52,371 nucleotides of DNA from Candidatus Woesearchaeota archaeon (GTDB lineage: Archaea > Nanobdellota > Nanobdellia > Woesearchaeales > GW2011-AR9): assembly GCA_018657845.1 (NCBI GenBank), contig JABHWJ010000012.1:1-52371 (forward strand). The letters run 5' to 3'. The position numbers and the translations under genes are program-made. Positions 45,579 to 52,371 of the stretch are shown here, in pieces (within the stretch, counting starts at the first letter, position 1; each line of letters starts with the position of its first letter). The notes below the pieces were generated by a model. It saw only the letters and a program-made list of their open reading frames with translations, did no database searches and was not told the origin of the DNA.

Positions 45579-45606
45579 TTAATACTCTTTATCCTTCTTT
45601 CCATAT

Positions 45607-46251
45607 ATGTCTCAAGAACACCAAGAACACTTAGAACCAGATCATGAACCTTGGTACAAAGGCCCAATGAAAATAATCATGGGAGTCTTCCTCCTTCTAT
45701 TAATAGTCCTCTGGGTCTTTCCCCATTATGGTTTGAAACAAAATCCTGAACCACAATATACTCCTACTTTAGAAGAACTCCAACTCAACAAACTTTCCAT
45801 CCCAGAAATAAACTCCAACAATATGAACTCCTACGTTCAACTCACACCAGAAATAAAACAAATCGCCGACAAGATCGTAACTCTCTCTTGCCCCCAAACA
45901 CACAAAGTCTGCAACGCTAAAGCTATCTTTTATTTCATCCAAAAGAATTTCAACTACCTCAACGACCCCTTAGCCTTCGAATATTACAAAACTCCCCAAG
46001 AATCCTTACAATCAAACAGCGGAGATTGTGATGATGCATCCATCCTTCTCTCTTCACTCTTGCAATCTATTGGTCTCCAAACCAGATTTGTCTTTGTACC
46101 TCGGCATGTCTTTGTACAAGTTAAAATAAAAGAAGCCGTCTCCAGTTACAAAGATCAAAATGATTGGATAAATTTAGACCCAACGTGTAATGGCTGCAAC
46201 TTCGGAGAAATTCACTACAGTTACTCTAATTCTAAGAAAACATATTCATAA
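45607..46251 (+). CDS. Membrane-anchored transglutaminase-like cysteine protease domain protein
   Basis: One TM helix, then SGDCDDASILLSSLLQSIGL (transglutaminase-core Cys motif) with downstream H and D residues. Confidence 0.7.
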   Translation: MSQEHQEHLEPDHEPWYKGPMKIIMGVFLLLLIVLWVFPHYGLKQNPEPQYTPTLEELQLNKLSIPEINSNNMNSYVQLTPEIKQIADKIVTLSCPQTHKVCNAKAIFYFIQKNFNYLNDPLAFEYYKTPQESLQSNSGDCDDASILLSSLLQSIGLQTRFVFVPRHVFVQVKIKEAVSSYKDQNDWINLDPTCNGCNFGEIHYSYSNSKKTYS

Positions 46252-46265
46252 TTAATAAAAAAAAG

Positions 46266-46332
46266 ATGGTAGGGCTCCCAGATTTCAGAGGGGGTGAGGG
46301 TGGTAGAAATGAGCAGGGAGCCCGATCACCAT
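46266..46332 (-). ncRNA. Candidate ~67-nt structured small RNA of unknown class
   Basis: The most GC-rich stretch of an AT-rich intergenic region. Stem ATGGT/ACCAT plus an 8-bp GGGCTCCC/GGGAGCCC stem plus inner ATTTC/GAAAT. On the minus strand it has TTTATATA (46358-46365) about 29 nt upstream and a T8 run (46257-46264) immediately downstream. Confidence 0.45.
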
Positions 46333-46430
46333 AATATTTCTAACAAAGCACAACAGGTATATAAATGTTACGTTTTTGTATACTGGTAGTTTAAAAACAA
46401 CAATAACTACACTAAGGTGGGAAAAACACA

Positions 46431-48293
46431 TCAGGCGAAAAATTCTTCTAACAACTGTTCATATTCCTTAGAAACAATCAAACCTTCTTTGGGAAAACTA
46501 CCAAAATACATTGGCCAAGTAAATCTCTCCTCTAAATAAATCACTGCCCCTTTATCATGTTCAGAACGAATACATCTTCCCGCACTCTGAAAACATTTAT
46601 TCATGGCTGGATAAATATATCCATACTCCCAGCCCTTGCCAAATTTATTTTCAAAATACTTCATTACTTCCTTTGTCTTCAAATCTGGCCGAGCTAACGG
46701 CAATCCAACTACTACTACACAATTTAATAAATCACCAGGGAAATCTACCCCTTCAGCAAAACTCCCCCCTAACACCCCCAATAACACTCCCCCTTCTCTC
46801 TTTGCCATTTTAAAATCAGCCAAAAACGCCTCTTTATTCTCTTTACCCATCTCTTGTTTCTCCCAAAATAATTTTTTCTCACTTTTCAAATAACTACATA
46901 CAGAATTCCTCAACTTATACGAAGGAAAAAATAAAGCTACGTTCCCTGGGACTAACTCTGCTATTCTAGAACAATGCCCAGCAATCCGTTGATACATTCC
47001 CTCGCCTCGCAAATTAAATTTTGTGGAGGTTTCTGGAACAATTAAATTTAATTTATTCTCTACCGGGAATGGACTTCCATATTCTTTTTCTTCTCCTTCC
47101 ACTCCCAAAATATCATTATACATAAATGTTGGTCGCAAGGTTCCAGACATTAATACTGCACTATGAACCCGCTCAAAAACAGTTCGAGTAATCAAAGAAG
47201 GATCTAAACAAGAATAACTTATCATAACAACCTTCCCATATTTTCCTTCTTTCTCAGATACATATCTAACAAACCCTTCATCTTCACCTTGCCAAGATTC
47301 CAAAAAGTAAGCTACTCCTCCAATAAAACTCTTTCTCTGCTTTTTCCTTATCTCATTGGCCACTTCTTCTAATTCTTCAACCAGTAAATCATAATCTCTA
47401 AATTTATTCACTCTATCGAAAAAACTTTTCTTATCTACTTTCTCTTCGCCTTCTCTTCCAAGCCCATCACTCAATTCTAACAATACTTTTTGTATCTCCT
47501 GCAACCAATCAATTTCTTTATCAAAACCAAATTTCTTCGCTTCCAATATGGCATTCTTTAACATATTGTTAGTTAAATTATGGCTCATCATATCCACTAC
47601 TCTTCCCGGAAGATTATGGGCCTCATCAACAATTAAAATAACATCTTCCATTTCCTTTTCTATTTTTCTAAACAAATTACTTTGTACAAATGGATCAAAA
47701 CAATAATTATAATCTCCAATAATCACTTTAGCTTTTTTCGCCAAACCCATTGCGATCTCATAACTACACATATGTTTACTTTCACAAATTCTTTTCAGTT
47801 CTTCATTATGTAATGGCCCTCTCCTTCCCAACTCTTCAATTAACCCTTTGGCCTCTACTGTAAAATTTGTTTTATCTTTAACATTATTATAAAATTCGCA
47901 TTCTCTTTTCTCAACCACTGCCTTGCAGAATTCATTAAACTCACTTCCAAACAATCCAGCAACTTCTTGGTTACACATCCATCGTTTTCCGATTATGTCT
48001 GCGACTCCAAATTCTCCACCCCATTTTTCTTTAATTTTTTTCAAAGTTTCAATCGCGATTTGGTGTTGAGTGTGCCGATTAGTCAGAAAAAAAACAACCT
48101 TATCTTTATTCATGGCATGCCTTAATGCTGGCCCTAATACTGAGGCTGTTTTTCCCAATCCTGTGGGGGCATGAGTAATAATCTTCTTCCCCTCTCCCAG
48201 GGCCTTAGAAATGTCCTCAATTAATTTTTCCTGGATTTTCCTCACCTCTTCATGAGGAAAAAACCACTCTTTTTTTTTCTCGTCGGAAAACAT
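46431..48293 (-). CDS. xpd: XPD/Rad3-family 5'-3' DNA helicase with an FeS-cluster domain
   Basis: HAPTGLGKT, four Cys (MCNQ..FCKA..ECEF..MCSY), DEAHNL, C-terminal motifs. ATG at 48293 (leaderless, TATTTAAAA at 48318-48327) preferred over the TTG at 48305. Confidence 0.9.
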   Translation of the reverse strand: MFSDEKKKEWFFPHEEVRKIQEKLIEDISKALGEGKKIITHAPTGLGKTASVLGPALRHAMNKDKVVFFLTNRHTQHQIAIETLKKIKEKWGGEFGVADIIGKRWMCNQEVAGLFGSEFNEFCKAVVEKRECEFYNNVKDKTNFTVEAKGLIEELGRRGPLHNEELKRICESKHMCSYEIAMGLAKKAKVIIGDYNYCFDPFVQSNLFRKIEKEMEDVILIVDEAHNLPGRVVDMMSHNLTNNMLKNAILEAKKFGFDKEIDWLQEIQKVLLELSDGLGREGEEKVDKKSFFDRVNKFRDYDLLVEELEEVANEIRKKQRKSFIGGVAYFLESWQGEDEGFVRYVSEKEGKYGKVVMISYSCLDPSLITRTVFERVHSAVLMSGTLRPTFMYNDILGVEGEEKEYGSPFPVENKLNLIVPETSTKFNLRGEGMYQRIAGHCSRIAELVPGNVALFFPSYKLRNSVCSYLKSEKKLFWEKQEMGKENKEAFLADFKMAKREGGVLLGVLGGSFAEGVDFPGDLLNCVVVVGLPLARPDLKTKEVMKYFENKFGKGWEYGYIYPAMNKCFQSAGRCIRSEHDKGAVIYLEERFTWPMYFGSFPKEGLIVSKEYEQLLEEFFA

Positions 48294-48423
48294 AGATATT
48301 GACAAAACTATACAAAACTTTTAAATACAGGTGGCCTCTAACCTATATAATCTAAACTATAAATGTTTAAATATATAGCTCATCCCAATGGTTACAGAGG
48401 GGTGAAGAAGAAACCACTGGGGG

Positions 48424-48705
48424 GTGTCCAATTTGAACAAAGATAAAGAAATATTTGATGTGTTTTTTCGTGAAAAACCCGCAATGATGTTAGTTGAATT
48501 AAAAAATGCTAACTCTCAAGTTTATGCGTCAGTCCTTGCTAAGCAGATAGATTGCACTTATTCGCATGTTGTTAAAATTCTACAAGAGATGCAGAAATCA
48601 AACCTTATTAATTTCAAAAAAGAAGGCAGATTAAAACTTTTAGAACTTACCAAAAAAGGTTATGAAATTGCTAGTAACATTGAAAGCATTAGAACAATGT
48701 TATAA
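48424..48705 (+). CDS. Small winged-helix DNA-binding protein (start codon uncertain; the track start is GTG)
   Basis: YASVLAKQIDCTYSHVVKILQEMQKSNLINFKKEGRLKLLELTKKG is a wHTH pattern. Confidence 0.55.
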   Translation: MSNLNKDKEIFDVFFREKPAMMLVELKNANSQVYASVLAKQIDCTYSHVVKILQEMQKSNLINFKKEGRLKLLELTKKGYEIASNIESIRTML

Positions 48706-48749
48706 TTTTTTTATTTATTTTTTCTAATTTTTTATTTTTAACTAAACAA
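48706..48749. terminator. Extended T-rich tract between convergent genes
   Basis: TTTTTTTATTTATTTTTTCTAATTTTTTATTTTT immediately after the stop at 48705. Confidence 0.35.
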
Positions 48750-48818
48750 GAATTTTAAGATTATTTCTCACTCTCAAAAGAAATCAAAAATAAAAAGAAA
48801 TAAAAAACAAGAAAAAAA

Positions 48819-49271
48819 TTAATGTAGATACATCTTAACTTTTTCTTCATCAAACTTCCAGTCTTGTGGCAGTTTGTTTGTTTTCTTATAATATTTCATT
48901 AATCTTCTAATCTTGGAACTAGTCAACTGTAATCCTCTCTTAGCAGTCATATCTTGTCTATTTTTTTCCAAGTGTTTTTTTACATCTACAAACTTCACAA
49001 TTAAAGCCATCAAGTCTTCAGGCAACTCTTTAGTCAGCTTGTTTTCTTTCAAAATTTGAGTAATAGTTTTTTCAGTAAGAGCTTTTACACTATTAATCCC
49101 ATAGTTATCTCTTAAGATCATTCCCATTTCACTGGTAGTAGTATCAACCTTAGCTAATTTAATAATTAATTTCTCAACTTCTGGACCTTTATATCTTGCC
49201 CAAGAAGGAATCTTTGGTATTGGTTTTTTACTTCCACTTTTTCCTTTATCCCTACTATGCATTCTTGCCAT
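48819..49271 (-). CDS. rps15: 30S ribosomal protein S15 (S13e)
   Basis: MARMHSRDKGKSGSKKP N-terminus; 150 aa. Confidence 0.92.
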   Translation of the reverse strand: MARMHSRDKGKSGSKKPIPKIPSWARYKGPEVEKLIIKLAKVDTTTSEMGMILRDNYGINSVKALTEKTITQILKENKLTKELPEDLMALIVKFVDVKKHLEKNRQDMTAKRGLQLTSSKIRRLMKYYKKTNKLPQDWKFDEEKVKMYLH

Positions 49272-49465
49272 TTTGTTTTACCTTTTGTTATTATATTTTT
49301 CAAGGAGAATAAGCATTAGCTACTTTCTCCAGTGTACATAAGCTTTCACCGATGTACCTCTCGATTTATACTCTAATTCCCTGGATTCTTTAAAAAGGTT
49401 ACTGAAAACTTTTATAAAACAAAACTAATTAACTATTCCAATAAAAAATAAAAAAGAGGCCAAAA

Positions 49466-50038
49466 ATGAAACTAACAAAATTTCTACTTTTAATTTTAGG
49501 TATTTCCCTAATCCTTCTTGTCGGATGTTCCTGTACAACATTCATTGCAGAAGAACCAATCATTGATCAAGAAACAACAGACACCACAGAAACTCCCGAA
49601 CAAACCCCAGAAGAACCAGAACCAGTAATTCTTGCCTGTCAAAATAGTGCCGATTGCGAACAAGGAGAATTGTGCATAGACAACAATTGTGGAACTGTAG
49701 AAAAACTCTACAAAACAGAAGGCTGTGATGTAAAATGTAATTTCAACAGTATCCAAGTAACAACTAGTGATCAACAAACCCTTAATTTAAACAGAGGAAA
49801 GGGAGATTATACTTCTGCTGGGGCAGTAGAATGGGTCCTCTCTCCAGGACCAGATTATTGCCAAGGGGAAGAAATCATTGTCCCAGTAAAACTCCTCAAA
49901 AAGAACCTCGGAAAAGTTCTCAGTGAAGAATACATAACCCTAAGCCCTAGCGAAACATCTCCCACTATAACCCACCCCAATGTAAAGAGTGTCCAGTTTA
50001 CTTTCACTATTGATAGTGTTAATGAAGAATGCAATTAA
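49466..50038 (+). CDS. Putative lipoprotein/secreted protein with a Cys-rich knot
   Basis: MKLTKFLLLILGISLILLVGCS (lipobox-like), T/E/P linker, CQNSADCEQGELCIDNNCG. Confidence 0.6.
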   Translation: MKLTKFLLLILGISLILLVGCSCTTFIAEEPIIDQETTDTTETPEQTPEEPEPVILACQNSADCEQGELCIDNNCGTVEKLYKTEGCDVKCNFNSIQVTTSDQQTLNLNRGKGDYTSAGAVEWVLSPGPDYCQGEEIIVPVKLLKKNLGKVLSEEYITLSPSETSPTITHPNVKSVQFTFTIDSVNEECN

Positions 50039-50085
50039 TTTTTCCTAGAGGAAAAGATTAAAAACAACCCCCCATTCAACAAAGA

Positions 50086-51156
50086 ATGAACTTTATTTAT
50101 GTTGAAAATCAAACTTTATTAGCCACTGCTTGTAATGAATTAAAACAAGCTTCAGTAATTGGGGTAGATTTAGAATGCGAGAACAATCTCCATCATTATG
50201 GGACCAAGATTTCTTTAATCCAGTTATCCACCACAACACAACATTGGATTGTTGATGTTATTAAATTAAAAACTATTGATCCCTTATTAGAAATATTCTC
50301 CGCCCCTAAAGTTCAAAAAATATTTCATGATGTTAGTTTTGATTTAAGAATCCTCCACCATCAATTTGGTTGCCGACCAAAAAATATTTTTGATACTCAA
50401 TTGGCCGCCCTCTTTATCGGAAAAAAAGAAATTGGTCTTGGCCCGCTTCTTCAAGAATACTTCAAAATAAAAAAAGAACAAAAGTTTCAAATGGCCGATT
50501 GGACCAAAAGGCCATTAACAAAAGAAATGCTTCTTTACGCTATCAAAGATACAGCATATTTAATTCCCTTAAGGAATCTCATAAAAGAAGAACTAATAAA
50601 AAAGAATCGTCTCTCTTGGGTTGAAGAAGAATTTTCTTTAATCGAAAAGAATAACTGGGAACATAAGGAAATGTCTTACTCTGATGTAAAGGGTTTCAGA
50701 AACCTTCTCCCCCAAGAACGAGCTATTCTCAAACGCCTATTCCTTCTTCGGGAAAAATTAGCTAAGCAAGTAGATCGCCCACCACATTACATTATGTCTA
50801 CAAAACCACTATTGGCCATTTCCCAAGACCCACCCAAATCATTAACTGAATGGAATTCTCTTAAATCAGTTCATCCGGTTGTTAAACGTAGTATCCCTCT
50901 CTTCCAAGAAGCAATTTCTAAAGGAAAAACAGAACAGATTATCTTACCAGAATTAAAAGCAAAAAGATATGCTCCAGAGCAAAGAGAACAACTTAACGAA
51001 TTAATGATATTACGAGAAAAAATTTCTAAAAAAATTGGCATAGATGGCTATCTCGTCTTAAACCAAGATCAGATGCAAGACCTTGTTCTTAGTAAAACTC
51101 ATCGGTCTTTGCACAACTGGCAGGAAAAGTTACTCCAAGAATTTAAAAAATCCTAG
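50086..51156 (+). CDS. rnd: RNase D-like 3'-5' exonuclease (DEDD domain + HRDC)
   Basis: VIGVDLECEN...ISLIQLST, KIFHDVSFDL, YAIKDTAYL, then an HRDC-like region (ILKRLFLLREKLAKQVDRPPHYIMS). Confidence 0.8.
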   Translation: MNFIYVENQTLLATACNELKQASVIGVDLECENNLHHYGTKISLIQLSTTTQHWIVDVIKLKTIDPLLEIFSAPKVQKIFHDVSFDLRILHHQFGCRPKNIFDTQLAALFIGKKEIGLGPLLQEYFKIKKEQKFQMADWTKRPLTKEMLLYAIKDTAYLIPLRNLIKEELIKKNRLSWVEEEFSLIEKNNWEHKEMSYSDVKGFRNLLPQERAILKRLFLLREKLAKQVDRPPHYIMSTKPLLAISQDPPKSLTEWNSLKSVHPVVKRSIPLFQEAISKGKTEQIILPELKAKRYAPEQREQLNELMILREKISKKIGIDGYLVLNQDQMQDLVLSKTHRSLHNWQEKLLQEFKKS

Positions 51157-51204
51157 GAAACATTTTTATAAAATATTGCCTCTCATGTGAGAAGGTGATA
51201 GAAA

Positions 51205-52371
51205 TGAGAAAAATACTAATTTTAACTTTATTTATAATCCTCTGCTCTACCTTAGCAGTAGCAGGAGAATTAACAGAACACACAGTTAACGTAGAAGGAA
51301 AACAAAGAAACTTTTATGTTTACTTGCCAGACAACTACAACCCAGAATACCAATATCCTTTATTATTCATGTTTCATGGGTTAGGAGGAAATTACAATGA
51401 TGTTTCCAGCGAATCTTATGGAATCAAAGAATTGGCTGATCAAAACCAATTCATTGCCGTCTTTCCAGATTCCCTCAGTAACATTCCTCCTAAAGATATA
51501 ACTTGGAATAATTTTGTTCTGTTTCCAGGATATGACACCTTTGCTCTTCCAGGATCGTCTCAAACCAAACGGTGGGATATTTCTCATGTTCAATCTTCAG
51601 ATCGTTACAACAGCCAAGATGTTAAATTTGTAGATGCCATTAAAGATTATCTTGGTCCAAGCGTCCTTGACACCCATGTCTTCTCTACTGGACATTCTTA
51701 CGGAGCTATTTTCAGTTATTACTTAGCCATGTCTCGTCCAGAATTAATAACTTCCTTTGGTTCTCATTCTGGAGGATTACTTAAATTCTTAGAAGATCAA
51801 GAATTAATTGATTCCGTGAAAAACAATCTCCCCATACAGCAAAAATTTTGGTTTAATTTTTACATCAATTATCTTAATGGCCTTCCCGAAGAACAAGTAG
51901 AATGGACAATTTTTCCAATTCCCGTAAGAAAAGGTGTCCAAGTTCCTGGAATTTTAATCTCTTCAACCAAAGATTCTGTGGTTCCATACAAATGGAGTCA
52001 AGTTCTTCAAGCTGATTTAACTAAACATAACCATCCAAACCAATTAATTACTTTAAACAACGCAGAATTGTATGGTCATGGTTGGGACAAATCAAAAAAC
52101 CAAGTTCAATGGGATTTTTTCATTGAACATGCCCCTGCAATAGTTGAATTCGTAACTACAGAAAACAGCGGAGTAGAAAGTGATTCTCCGAAACAAATCT
52201 CCCTAAGATTAAACTCTGCAAGAGAACAATCAGTAGTTATAGCTCTTCAGAAAAGCGGAACAGCAAACGCAGAAGATTTCACAGTTCCTTTAACAGTAAC
52301 CTTCCTGCCAGGAGAAGTAGAAAAAACCATCAACTTGGAAATCATCAGTGATGACTTAATTGAAGAAGACG
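51205..52371 (+). CDS. Secreted alpha/beta-hydrolase esterase (PHB-depolymerase/LpqC-like) with a C-terminal Calx-beta-like domain; 3'-truncated by the window edge
   Basis: Not in the ORF track because no stop is reached. My own translation: MRKILILTLFIILCSTLAVAGE (signal), ...LLFMFHGLGGN..., GHSYGA nucleophile elbow, end ...SGTANAEDFTVPLTVTFLPGEVEKTINLEIISDDLIEED (Calx-beta pattern). AAGGTGAT SD. Confidence 0.7.

Noticed and set aside
46266-46332. GC-rich element considered as a tRNA, a Nanoarchaeum-style split-tRNA half or a C/D-box sRNA
   Set aside because: There is no cloverleaf and no T-loop (GTTCRAAT-like) sequence. The nearest C-box-like sequence (GUGAUCG) lies outside the terminal stem, and there is no proper RUGAUGA/CUGA pairing. 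It is kept only as an unclassified ncRNA candidate.
1-52371. Search for rRNA genes, CRISPR arrays, integrases/transposases, prophage remnants and toxin-antitoxin pairs
   Set aside because: No such elements could be recognised by eye. The small overlapping ORF pair at 14378-14739 was considered as a TA-like module, but neither product resembles a known toxin or antitoxin.

Overview
AT-rich, gene-dense archaeal chromosome segment, most consistent with a small-genome DPANN-type archaeon (Woese-/Pacearchaeota-like; this placement is inference). Most of the window is conserved information-processing genes. These include the exosome superoperon (ssb, pop5, psmA, SBDS, rrp4, rrp41, rrp42, rpoK); rpl44e-rps27e-aIF2alpha-nop10; rpl1-P0-rpl12; rps17e-albA; rps15; aIF2gamma; serS; orc1/cdc6; XPD; and one intron-containing tRNA-Asn. 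Mixed in are bacterial-type genes: grpE-dnaK-dnaJ, metK, fpg, dus, RNase D and glpQ. There are also large secreted or membrane proteins, including a giant beta-helix surface protein cut by the 5' window edge and an esterase/Calx-beta protein cut by the 3' edge. Nearly every gene has a TTTATAAA-like box about 25-30 nt upstream of its ATG, so transcripts are leaderless or have short SD leaders. Several divergent gene pairs share one palindromic TATA box. I found no rRNA, CRISPR array or recognisable mobile element. The best candidate for something undescribed is 36.7-41.7 kb, next to orc1/cdc6. It holds an over-long PRPP-synthetase-family protein and a divergent UMP-kinase-like protein, bracketed by two uncharacterised coiled-coil proteins that share a novel domain in swapped domain order. 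Other points worth a second look: ribosomal stalk protein P0 with a large P/E/K repeat extension and no canonical C-terminal tail; a promoter- and terminator-bounded ~67-nt structured RNA candidate; an HTH-CBS regulator with a perfect 18-bp palindrome facing a metK operon; and an HD-domain gene inserted in the dnaK operon.
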